Positions 40,840-50,346 of a stretch of DNA of 64,000 nt are shown piece after piece. The notes below the pieces were generated by a model, which was given only the letters and a program-made list of their open reading frames with translations, did no database searches and was not told the origin of the DNA. This DNA is from Candidatus Bathyarchaeota archaeon. GTDB taxonomy: Archaea > Thermoproteota > Bathyarchaeia > Bathyarchaeales > Bathycorpusculaceae. Location: assembly GCA_963775685.1 (NCBI GenBank), contig CAVZJV010000014.1:544001-608000 (forward strand). The letters are read 5' to 3'. Every line of letters begins with the position of its first letter. The first letter of the stretch is position 1. A program made the position numbers and the translations under genes.

Positions 40840-40980
40840 TTTCTTTTTTCCTGTTCTGCTTTTTTTGCTTCGTCTTCTGCCATCTCATCTAAAGTGCGCA
40901 GGATTAGTGGAGAACTCTAGCGATGGTTTGTCTGCTTGTGGCATTGTATTCTTGCTCTGTCCAGCCGAATCGCTCACACA

Positions 40981-41349
40981 TCACGAACTTTGTGAGTCTG
41001 GGGTTTGGTCGTTTTCCTCGGATGGCGATGATAAAAAACGCTGCTCATCCATCTCGATGCCATTGACGTTATCGTAGATTTCCTGCAACTTTAGGCTAAG
41101 ACCATAGGGGAGGCGCCCTTGAACTATGAGGTCTTTGAAAAGAGGTTTTGAGGCGGGCTGGCTAACAAGTGACATCCAGAGGCATTCCCGGTTAACTTTG
41201 AGAATATCCGTTTTTGGAACTTTGCCCGCTGCATCCATATAGCTAACGAGTACCCGCTCGTATTCTCCCTGGGTAATTTGGCGGAATTCATAGTCGCCTA
41301 CAAATTGCTCGCCAAAACGCTTGTCGATTTTTACTTTTGCAGTCTCCAT
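40981..41349 (-). CDS. Tail assembly chaperone (gpG-like) with -1 frameshift extension
   Basis: Follows the tail tube gene; T TTT TTA at 41038-41032; -1 frame encodes MCERFGWTEQEY. Confidence 0.75.
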   Translation of the reverse strand: METAKVKIDKRFGEQFVGDYEFRQITQGEYERVLVSYMDAAGKVPKTDILKVNRECLWMSLVSQPASKPLFKDLIVQGRLPYGLSLKLQEIYDNVNGIEMDEQRFLSSPSEENDQTPDSQSS

Positions 41350-41362
41350 TTTTAGATCACCA

Positions 41363-42241
41363 TTAACTTGCCGCTATGCTAAGCGGTCCTTTGGCGTCAA
41401 ACTGTGCCCTAACCGCGATTAGGTCATCAAGCCACTTCTCGCTGGTTATGTTGCCCCATTTGGCTGCCTCCATCTGGGCATACGCGGTACCGCCAAGCCC
41501 AAATCTGATGTTGAACTCTGTGTCGGCGAGGGCATTGTCCATCTCTGTTTTGCTCTCAAACTCAAAGCGGACTTCCCCGCTTAGTTGCCGATTGCCAAAA
41601 GGAATGTACTTGGCTAGATAGCCGTTAGTGCTGCGGATAACGGGCACTTGCTTGGGGTTGTTGTTTACGTCGAATTTCCAGCTTACAACCCGATCGTTTG
41701 CAGCTCCCCCAATGGTAACGTCGGTTTCGTTAAATGCCACTGCACCCGCATAATCCGTGTAAGTTGCATCAGTCAGTTTTGCCGTGCCCGTAGTGATGTT
41801 CTGGCCTACCATTTCCAGACTGGCTTTGAGAACATCATCAATTTCGCAGCTAACGCTTGCCTTGCCAATCCGCATGTAATTGTATAGCAGTGAAATGATG
41901 TCGGTTGCTGATGCCCAAGAGCCTTTATAGTATAATGCTTGAACGCTCAAGGTCTTATCCAGGTCTATCTTGGCGTATTGCAGCAGGTCGATTGGCGCTG
42001 CCGAGGGCACGATGTAGGCAACTTTGAGGGAGGGCACGCGAACGCCTTTTTTGATGGCAAAGAGGTCATAGTTTCCGCCGCTTCGCAGTAGCAGATTGCT
42101 TGGGTTAAAGCCTGGGTTGATTGATTCATGGGGTACTCCAAGCATTGCGGGCGTCACTGTTGGCGTTGTGCCTTTGGTTGTTTCCGCTATGTAGTAGATG
42201 CGTTCTTGGTCTGCGCTATAGGTTTCAACCATTCTTTCCAT
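41363..42241 (-). CDS. Major tail tube protein
   Basis: YIAETTKGTTP; SWKFDVNNN; RQLSGEVRFEFES; position in operon. Confidence 0.8.
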   Translation of the reverse strand: MERMVETYSADQERIYYIAETTKGTTPTVTPAMLGVPHESINPGFNPSNLLLRSGGNYDLFAIKKGVRVPSLKVAYIVPSAAPIDLLQYAKIDLDKTLSVQALYYKGSWASATDIISLLYNYMRIGKASVSCEIDDVLKASLEMVGQNITTGTAKLTDATYTDYAGAVAFNETDVTIGGAANDRVVSWKFDVNNNPKQVPVIRSTNGYLAKYIPFGNRQLSGEVRFEFESKTEMDNALADTEFNIRFGLGGTAYAQMEAAKWGNITSEKWLDDLIAVRAQFDAKGPLSIAAS

Positions 42242-42248
42242 ACTCCCA

Positions 42249-43248
42249 TTAGCCTAAAGTTATGTCCTCAAAAGCCCAACCCTTCAAAACAAGCTCTGTC
42301 TTGAAGAGAAACGGCTTAACCTCAACAATGTCCATGGGCTTGTAGCTCACGACATCGCAGTTAGTGATTCCACGAACCTGAACGGTCAACTGCATAAAGT
42401 CACAGTAGACCACGGCTGGTGTTACGCCGTTGCTGGGATTTGTGGTTTTGGCAATCACCCAAACATACCCGTCAGAGTCCACGTAATCTGTCCAGTTCGC
42501 CGAAATCGTAATTGTCAGGGTTTCATCTGTGCCTGCAGTTCCATATTGCGCATACTGCCAAGCACCCGCCGACATGATTCCAAACCTTGACAGTTACACC
42601 GTTGCCACTGGGAGCGGTACCATAGCCTTCAAAACTCATCACTAAAGACTTGATGCATTGCTCTCTAGGCCCAACCTTGAACCTGAAAAGCATCAAGCCA
42701 TACTGATTGTTAACGGCTGCACTCTTAGAATAGCGGACATTGTCACTGTACCAAATGCCCTGATAACCCACAGCTGAAAGCTCAGCCCAAGCCGCAGCGG
42801 ACGGCGCCAACTCCGAGGCGGCACCCACAGCATACGCCTTATGCGGATCACCCGATGGATAGCCGAGCCCAGCAAAATTATAAGCCGTCTCATAGGGCAA
42901 GGTTCGGTTCTCGCGAATAATCGCTTTAATCTGCTCAGTAACCTTGTTCCGCATGACCCTGCCCACATCAGCACCAGGAGCAGTCTTATCGATAGAGTGA
43001 ACCGTGCACTTGAAGAAATGCACCAAACGCCTTTTGCTACCAGATAAGTTTAGCTTCTGGTCTTGAACGCCTAAAACAGGGTCAACTTGAAGAGTAATTT
43101 GGGCGTCATACTCTTTGAGCAGCATTTCGCGGTCAAACGCTGCCTCCGTAGCCAACAACTTTGCAGCATCCCCGTTATCTTTGGTTACTCGAATTCGACT
43201 ATTAATCAGCCTTAGCAAGGTAGCTACGGGATCTTCTAACTCACTCAA
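42249..43248 (-). CDS. Tail terminator-like neck protein with inserted beta domain (one extra base at ~42569)
   Basis: ORFs 42523-43248 and 42249-42575 join as VKVWNHV-AGAWQYAQ; 332 aa if corrected. Confidence 0.6.
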
Positions 43249-44869
43249 CTAGTAAGCAACCTCCTTGCCATGCTCTTGAAGTAAAGCCGCTGATTACCAA
43301 AAGTAGAAGGGGACACAGTTTGCACCTCGTAATCCTCGCCTTGACGCCTGATCTTGTCGTGACTGCGCACGGGCAGAAACGTGTAGAACGCCAAATAGTC
43401 ATTGATGTAGTACCCAGGCTCTATGAGGACCTGTTCAGCTTTGAGCTGAGAAAATAGGGCGAGCAACTCAAGAGGATCGCCGTAATCAACGGTTTCCACA
43501 GCTTGGCGCACTGGATAAAGCAGAACCGCTTCACCCTTACTCTTAAGAATCCTCATAAATTGGGTTGCAGGCTCTTGATAGTTTAGAAACATCCGGGCGA
43601 TCCAGCTTACATTCGCCATAGCTTTGGCAGGCGTAATCGGAATATAGTCCGTGAAGATTGGACCCCAATTCATGAATTCATCAGCGTACTTCTCAGCAAT
43701 GTCGTGGGCTAACTTGTAGCCTGGAGGGTCGCGGTCTTTGCGGATTTTCCACAAAATCCCAATGGTGACGCCGTCATAATAGCTGCAGGCGGGAAACCTT
43801 GAAACCACGTCTATGTAGCCGGGCCAGCAAACATCAGGAACATAGGCGGGATACTGACCGCTTGCCTTGATACTCTGCACACCGTTATAGACACGTTGGC
43901 AACTAGCCGTCCATCCCTCATAAGTGTACAAGCCCAGCAGGGCAAAACTTATCGGGTCATCATAAACCTCGGTGTTGTTCAAGCCGACCCGGTGCCAAGC
44001 GCCATCCCCAGAGGGCAACGGATAGAAATAAAGCCAAAGCCCCTCCAAACCGTCCCGAAGGAAAGCAACCGCGTCACTCATCACGCCGTTGTAGGTTGGA
44101 GCGTTTGCGGTGTCGTAGGTGTCGGCGAGCATCTTTAAGCCTATGAGGCAATAGAGATTCTCGACATACATCGACGCCTCCCAGCCGTCACCGATGGTAA
44201 CATAGGAAGCAAAGCCGCCATAGTAGCAGTCATGCAAACCCAAAACCACCGGCAAACGTTGCATGTTATACAGGAAAGGATAGCCAGCCAACTTTGCCGC
44301 ATCCAAGTATGCAGCCGTTGACGTCACGGCATAAGCCTTCAGCAGTGCAGGAATAGCTCTGCCAGCGTCAATACTCCAATAATCAGTCGATGACTCCCCG
44401 CTTTTGAAGCCGCCATACGCAGTCCTCGCAGGGTCGATGCATTGCTGTGTCAGCAGCCAATCAGCCAAAGCCACAATCTTGGCGAGGATATCTGCTTTTT
44501 ACCGCTTGAAAATTGAGGCGCCGAGTAGGCTTCACAGAGAAACTCGATGGCAAAAGCAGCGGCAAAAGTACCACGACCAAACGCAGGATCAGGACCCTCC
44601 ACAACCCAGTCCTTTGAAACAAAGTAGCTGTTGGCTAGATTACTCTTGAGTGTTAAAACGTTTCCAAGTACGCTTTCAACTTCGCACCATTCGCTATAAG
44701 CAGAATCTTTGATTTCAACAGGAAAATCCGCTTGAAACTTCGAACCATCCGCGACAGTTACGTTTCTCTGCCCAGCAGCCGCATCCACAGCCAAGTTAGT
44801 GGGAACCACATAATAGTAGGGGGCGTAATGCATCACAAACTGAAAATACGCATCAGGAACCGTACCCAT
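43245..44869 (-). CDS. Alpha/alpha-barrel domain fused to head-closure (stopper)-like domain (frameshift at ~44496-44500)
   Basis: ORFs join as ..KADILAKIVALADWLL; helical repeats YGGF..YLDAAKLA..YGGF; C-terminal DKIRRQGEDYEVQTV. Confidence 0.6.
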
Positions 44870-44873
44870 AATG

Positions 44874-45233
44874 CTAAGCCTCCACAATTTTGGGCGGCTT
44901 TAGCTTTAACTTGTGGAGTAGACGGGAAAACTCGCCTTCAAGCACATCTAGGCTTGGCACCCTCAAAGATTGATTAACGTTAAGGTCGCCTACTTGAAAG
45001 TTCAAGCCCATCGCTGAACCTCCAGTCAAAAAGCAGATGCCATAAACCGCAGCTAAGAGTGTAATGGCTTCTTTTTGGGCATCAGTGCAGTCTGCGTAGT
45101 CTATCTCAACAAAAAGCTCAAGGCTCAAAGTTACCGCTGCCCTTTTAAGCATCTTTGCAACTTTGGCATCACTAATCTCTGAGGAAGTAACATTTAGTAC
45201 GTCGCGGACATCGTCAGGACAAACAGAAACCAA
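44874..45233 (-). CDS. Head-tail adaptor/connector
   Basis: PDDVRDVL..ISDAKV..FQVGDLNV; position after MCP. Confidence 0.7.
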   Translation of the reverse strand: MVSVCPDDVRDVLNVTSSEISDAKVAKMLKRAAVTLSLELFVEIDYADCTDAQKEAITLLAAVYGICFLTGGSAMGLNFQVGDLNVNQSLRVPSLDVLEGEFSRLLHKLKLKPPKIVEA

Positions 45234-45272
45234 GCATATTACCTCTAAATCTTGAATAAAGGAAAAAGATTG

Positions 45273-45295
45273 TTTAGGTGCAGATTTTTGTGATA
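45273..45295. repeat. 23-bp direct repeat of the MCP 3' end (second copy 46049-46071)
   Basis: TTTAGGTGCAGATTTTTGTGATA exact in both places. Confidence 0.9.
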
Positions 45296-45356
45296 ACGCG
45301 GGCTTTTCCTTTTTCTAGTAACTTTTATAACATTTAAAAGTTCATAAACTAAAACA

Positions 45357-46022
45357 ATGCAGAAACATTCAACCAATAGATTGGGTTATCTGCCAATAGC
45401 TATAGGTCTCTCACTGATTATTTTTGCAGCGCTGCTCTTGTTTCTCCAAGTGTGTTTGAATGATGTATTATCAGGATCAAGTCAAGCATATGCGAAAAGA
45501 TTTGACTTTTGGCTATTCTGGGCACCGATTATAACTATCTCATTAATTGTGGGATCACTTTTCGCAGTACTTGGAATAGCGATTCTAAAAAGGATAAAAA
45601 GCAAGTTATCCTATTTGCTGATTACTGCAGGATTTGTTTTAATCTCTATCAATGCTTACCAATTATTTTTTACTTTTATAATACCAGGCATCAATTCGAT
45701 AGGTTTGTCTAATTTAGACAGCGTCACTTTCTTTTCTTTATTGATGGCTGGATTGTTTCTTGAGTTGCTGGGAGTAATCTTTGGTTTATCAGTAGGAAAT
45801 CGACTTAGTTCGGCATCCTTGACTGGCGGGTTTGTATTAATCCTTATGGGAATTTTCTTTTTGATTTTTGATGTTGCGATTACCCTTAGTATTGATCCTC
45901 AAGGTGGTTTTGGCGCTTTCAGGTGGTTCTATTTCTGGCAAAATTTCCACCCATTAATTCCATTTTCATTAATAATTGGCATCGTTCTCATTCTCATTGC
46001 TGCTTACAAACGCAAACACTAA
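45357..46022 (+). CDS. Polytopic membrane protein (moron inserted against the late operon)
   Basis: ~6 TM helices, AT-rich, own TATA-like TTTTATAA upstream. Confidence 0.8.
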   Translation: MQKHSTNRLGYLPIAIGLSLIIFAALLLFLQVCLNDVLSGSSQAYAKRFDFWLFWAPIITISLIVGSLFAVLGIAILKRIKSKLSYLLITAGFVLISINAYQLFFTFIIPGINSIGLSNLDSVTFFSLLMAGLFLELLGVIFGLSVGNRLSSASLTGGFVLILMGIFFLIFDVAITLSIDPQGGFGAFRWFYFWQNFHPLIPFSLIIGIVLILIAAYKRKH

Positions 46023-46049
46023 AAAAATTAACCTCAAAAAGGAGAGGTT

Positions 46050-47004
46050 TTAGGTGCAGATTTTTGTGATAGCGTCTTGTATGACGACTTTGGGTTCTTG
46101 CCATTTGCGGATGATGTAGCCGTCAAAGCCCTTGGCTTCGTCTCTGTACTGCGCTGCCATCGTTGGACCTTCACCGAAAACCAAGCCTGGAGCAACTGAA
46201 CTGCCAATTAGTGGACCATGAGTGCCATCTGGAGTTTCTGTCAATGCAAAGTCAGTGACAACCTTGACAGTTGGGTAACCTGGCAAGCTGAAGTTGCCGC
46301 CGTTTGGACCCAAACTCGCAATGCCAGCATGAACCAATTCTCTGACATGAGTGTTGCGGATAAATTTGCTGTAGATCGTTGGGTGTAGTGCCATGAAGTC
46401 AACAGGCCAGCCTTTTGCTTGGATGTAATCGATGGCGGGAATGATAGCGTCAAAGGGATCGTTTGTGCTTATGCCGCTTGTCTTTGCTGCCCAATCCACG
46501 TATGGGGTGCTGGATGTTTTTTCTGTGCATGCTTCGGCTATGTCTTTGATGTCGAGGTTTTCCATGCGACCTAGATCTCTGCCAGCAGCTTCAGTTTGAA
46601 GTTGCAGGATGTTATGCGCTGATTTCATGCCTGCCTCATCGGCGACTGCAACATGCACTACGTTTTTCCATAGGTCAAAGTTGACGGGTGCGAATGCGTC
46701 TTTGCTGATTTCGGCTTCCTGCATCGGTTTGACTTTGCGTTGACCCGGTTGATTTGGTTGCGATGTCTATGCGTTCTTGCAGGTTATCCATCTGGATAGT
46801 GCGGCAGATCGAGCGCAGGTTATAGTTGGGCCATGCGTAGCCTAAGACTTGCTCTAGGATTGTTACGGCTTCGACTGCTTCAACATCGCTTGGGGAAACG
46901 ATTCCGCCTGCCGTTAAGCTTGCGTTTCTTCCACGTTCGGAGTAGTTTGCTTTGTAGAATTTGCCGTCTACAGCGGATTTAAAGACCCGAATTGGATGAG
47001 ACAT
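46050..47004 (-). CDS. Major capsid protein (HK97-fold; one extra base at ~46744-46746)
   Basis: ORFs join as TG-QRKVKPMQEAEI; 317 aa corrected; FMALHP, LPGYPTVKVVTD, position after the protease. Confidence 0.75.
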
Positions 47005-47005
47005 A

Positions 47006-47470
47006 CTAGAAGACTCCTAACCACATCTTCTGTGTGGTATCTGCGTCGGCTGAGGTTTCGTAGGCTGTTCCTATCTTGCCTAAGTTTGTGTCTATGGCTG
47101 TTTGGTCGGTTGCGGTAGCGAAAGTGTTTGCTTGGGAGACTGTGCCCTTGACGAATTTGGTGCATTCTCCTGCTGTTGCGGAAATCATGATTTTATCGCC
47201 TTTTCTTGCTAAGCCGGAGCCTGCGACTTTTGCGCATTCAACCAAGCCCACTACGGTTACGCTGATGTCGTGGTCTGTTTCCTCGCTATAGTCGTGATCT
47301 TCGTTTGCCATAACAACCTTGGCTACTGCAGCTAAGGCAGCGGTTGCCAAAACTAAGCCTGCTCCATCGTCAGCGTAGAGTTTACCCTTTACCGCGTCGG
47401 TGTTGCTCTTCATGGTCATTTTTTCAACGACAAGAAGAGCTGATTTGAGTCCATAATCTCCTAACGTCAT
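47006..47470 (-). CDS. Capsid cement/decoration protein
   Basis: Gly/Ala-rich, KGDKI..IGTA; between scaffold and MCP. Confidence 0.6.
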   Translation of the reverse strand: MTLGDYGLKSALLVVEKMTMKSNTDAVKGKLYADDGAGLVLATAALAAVAKVVMANEDHDYSEETDHDISVTVVGLVECAKVAGSGLARKGDKIMISATAGECTKFVKGTVSQANTFATATDQTAIDTNLGKIGTAYETSADADTTQKMWLGVF

Positions 47471-48526
47471 TTATTTTTTCTCCTGTTTTTTTATTTCGGG
47501 CAAGCCCAGCTCTGCTCTTTTAGCTGCGACTGCAGCTGCAAGCTCATCTTCCTCACCCGCTTGATACTTGTTCTTGGGGGATTGATGCCCTTGAGTAGAA
47601 ACAACTTTAACGATTTTCCCAGCCTCAAATGTGAAAAGCTTAAGATTCTTATCATCTAACGCAGCAAGCATCTCTCGATCTGCTTTCTCTTCGCCTGCAA
47701 TACCAGCTTCGACACGTGCCTTGTAGGCTTGCTCTACCAGGCTAGCGTGTTTTTCATCTTTGATTGCTTTGAGTTCTGCACTGAGCTCATTGACTTTAAT
47801 CGCGTTGGCTGATGCGTCGTCTTGTGCTTTCTTGAGGTCAGCTTCGGCTTTGGTTGCCCTCTGCTCAAGTGCCGCTATTTTTTCATTTTCTTTCTCTTGT
47901 TTTTCGGACACTTTATTTTGCTCCTGTAAGATTGGAGACCGTGAATTGTTGTAGACGCTTGCCAGAAGCGTAAGAGATACACTCTTATCCTCTCGTTTGG
48001 AGGCAAAATTCATGAAGCCGGCTTGCGGATACGCTGGCACATCGACAAAATCGAATCGGTGAAACTCGAACGATTGCACTTCTGAGAACGCTTTATTCTC
48101 TGCTATGCAGTGGTGATTTTCCCAGTTAGCATCTAAAACTTCACCGCAAACGCTGCAAGTATCGTAGTAGGGAAGGATGACAGAACTAATCGGTCCTAAC
48201 TCGCCAACTTCTAGCATCGTTAGGGCTTTGTCATCGGTTATGTCGACGGTGCCCAATGCATAGTTGCCCTTATTCTCAAAAGCCGAGAACAACCCCACAT
48301 TCATGCTTTCCTCGTCTGCAAAATGCCCCAGCTTATAGTCCTTGCCCATGCCCAGGGGCTTCTTTAGCAGCGACGGCAAAGCCTCATCGAGCGCTTTCTG
48401 CGTGACTCCCCAGCGATTACGATTTCGGCTAGTATTCATCAAGTAGAACACCGCCTTCTTGTTGGCAGCATCAAGGCGATGCAAACCCGCAATGAAGACT
48501 AGCTCATGGCTATGGTGTTTAGACAA
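47471..48526 (-). CDS. Prohead protease-scaffold fusion
   Basis: NRNRW..GPISS..CSVCG..DFVDVPAY; coiled-coil C-terminus. Confidence 0.8.
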   Translation of the reverse strand: MSKHHSHELVFIAGLHRLDAANKKAVFYLMNTSRNRNRWGVTQKALDEALPSLLKKPLGMGKDYKLGHFADEESMNVGLFSAFENKGNYALGTVDITDDKALTMLEVGELGPISSVILPYYDTCSVCGEVLDANWENHHCIAENKAFSEVQSFEFHRFDFVDVPAYPQAGFMNFASKREDKSVSLTLLASVYNNSRSPILQEQNKVSEKQEKENEKIAALEQRATKAEADLKKAQDDASANAIKVNELSAELKAIKDEKHASLVEQAYKARVEAGIAGEEKADREMLAALDDKNLKLFTFEAGKIVKVVSTQGHQSPKNKYQAGEEDELAAAVAAKRAELGLPEIKKQEKK

Positions 48527-48556
48527 GCAATTTTACCTCTTGTAGTATGAAATCTG

Positions 48557-48916
48557 TTAAGCTGAGACCCGAATCAGAAGGCACTCACAATGCGGATGGA
48601 CATTGGGATTAATCGTGTTCTCATCAATAATTCGAAGATACGGAAACTCGTAGCGAAGGCTATCTCCGTAGAAGACTTCACCATCATTGCCCAAACAGTT
48701 CTCACAAAGTTTCGGATTGCCAGATTTAACGTACAGCCAGCGATCATCAGCGCCAAAGAAAGTAAATCCCCTAAATTCCTCAGGGATCCGCTTGAAAGCC
48801 TCAAGGACCTCTACGGCATCAACTGTGCTGATGAGCTGCAGGCAATCGGCGACGGATAACGTATTCCTCATATTTGCCCTCCTCATCTTCGCCCTTAACA
48901 ACTGACGCTTTGCCAA
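48557..48916 (-). CDS. MuF/gp7-like minor head protein (C-terminal domain only)
   Basis: LCENC..HPHCEC; true start uncertain. Confidence 0.7.
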   Translation of the reverse strand: MAKRQLLRAKMRRANMRNTLSVADCLQLISTVDAVEVLEAFKRIPEEFRGFTFFGADDRWLYVKSGNPKLCENCLGNDGEVFYGDSLRYEFPYLRIIDENTINPNVHPHCECLLIRVSA

Positions 48917-50198
48917 GCGGTTGAGACTTTTCTTTTGCCTTAAGCAACTCTTGGTCCCAATTCATCATCTCAAAAGCAATCTCTGGGAACTCAGCCAAGA
49001 CTCCGCTACCGTTACCGTAAAGACTTGCAACCGCTGCCGCCATGGCATAAATGTCAGAGGCCTTAACTGGCTTGAAATTCTGCTTGACCTTGACCGGAAG
49101 AGCAACTCCTTTAGCAATTTTCTCCCCGTTCTCTTCCATAGCAAGCCTCGCCAGCCGATCATACCACATGTCGCATTCGAGGGCTCGCTTGAAGTAACGC
49201 TGGTTGGGCTTGATAACCCCCTCAACATAGGCTTCAAACTCAACATAAGCAGTTGCCCTGTTCTCCGGAGTCTTGTTAATCAAAAACCGAGGCGTACCAT
49301 ACGCTCGGATAACCCCTTCCTCAAGCTTATCCATCAACTGCACAAGCCCTCCTAAATTAATGCGAAACTCAACCACTTGGGCAGTCACAGACTTGTTGAT
49401 CGCAGTGCTCTTGCCGGCTTCAGCGATCTTTGCCAGATCTTTTAGAAAAGCGGTCTCGTCATCATCCGCCATATCGGCGGTGTCAGCTTCAAGTAGAGTG
49501 TAGGGTGCCCAAAGTCTACGGGTAATCTCGGGGAAATCTTTGTCGAGCAAGTAATTTCTTGCTTTGCAGGTTGAACGGATAGGTTCAACGTCGCTTAGCC
49601 CTAAGAAATCATTTTCAAGCTGTGTGTTAACAAAATATAAGACTTCATCGATGTTGTAGCCTTCTTTGATGCCGGTGTATTTGAAGCCTGTGAGTTCCCA
49701 ATCCTTGTTCTTTTTAGGAGTTAATTTTGGGCTCTGAAGACTAATGAGGTATGCGGGGGTTTTGCCGTCGGTTTTAAAGACGATCTCAAACCCGCATTTG
49801 CCAAAGATGCTACGTTTTATTTGGGCTACAAAAAGAACCTGGTCAAAGTTTACTGCTTTGTTAACTGCGTCGACATAATCCTTGACGTACTGATATTTCT
49901 CTAAGAAGGCTTTCTTCTCGTCCTTATCCGCTAAAGGGGTTGTTGGCTCAAGAGTGGTCTCGAATCCTGCTGCCAAAGCAGTAAAACAAGCATTAATGAC
50001 GGTGCATCTGCGTACGAGCTCGTCTTGGCGGAACCAACGATAATCCTTGTCCATGCTTGAATAGTTCTCGCTATCTGTCGGGGTGTAGGAGACTCCGAAG
50101 TCACCCTTACCTATCTTGGGAGAACTGGCTGCGCTGCCGTAAACTAGCACTTTAGCGTAATGCGACAACCCCTTCCAGCTATATTTCTTCTCATTCAA
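48819..50198 (-). CDS. Portal protein
   Basis: IFGKCGFEI, FLGLSDVE, YGTPRFL, NRATA; follows TerL. Confidence 0.85.
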   Translation of the reverse strand: MNEKKYSWKGLSHYAKVLVYGSAASSPKIGKGDFGVSYTPTDSENYSSMDKDYRWFRQDELVRRCTVINACFTALAAGFETTLEPTTPLADKDEKKAFLEKYQYVKDYVDAVNKAVNFDQVLFVAQIKRSIFGKCGFEIVFKTDGKTPAYLISLQSPKLTPKKNKDWELTGFKYTGIKEGYNIDEVLYFVNTQLENDFLGLSDVEPIRSTCKARNYLLDKDFPEITRRLWAPYTLLEADTADMADDDETAFLKDLAKIAEAGKSTAINKSVTAQVVEFRINLGGLVQLMDKLEEGVIRAYGTPRFLINKTPENRATAYVEFEAYVEGVIKPNQRYFKRALECDMWYDRLARLAMEENGEKIAKGVALPVKVKQNFKPVKASDIYAMAAAVASLYGNGSGVLAEFPEIAFEMMNWDQELLKAKEKSQPLGKASVVKGEDEEGKYEEYVIRRRLPAAHQHS

Positions 50199-50205
50199 AG
50201 ATGTT

Positions 50206-50346
50206 CTACCGATCCGATGCAGTACTTATCACTCTAATTGTGCCTCGCTTCTGGAGGTCCTTAAACTCCGGGTCAAAATCGGCAAAGCGATCCGCGCTTT
50301 CAGCTCTGTTTTTGCTTGCATAGATTTTTCCTAAACGTTTCTTCAT
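50206..50346 (-). CDS. Small hypothetical protein (46 aa)
   Basis: MKKRLGKIYASKNRAES..; ATGA overlap with the TerL stop; below ORF-track cutoff. Confidence 0.5.
   Translation of the reverse strand: MKKRLGKIYASKNRAESADRFADFDPEFKDLQKRGTIRVISTASDR

Noticed and set aside
46050-47004. Programmed frameshift or split MCP
   Set aside because: Needs +1 at ACC GGG T with no recognisable slippery signal; matches the window-wide single-insertion pattern
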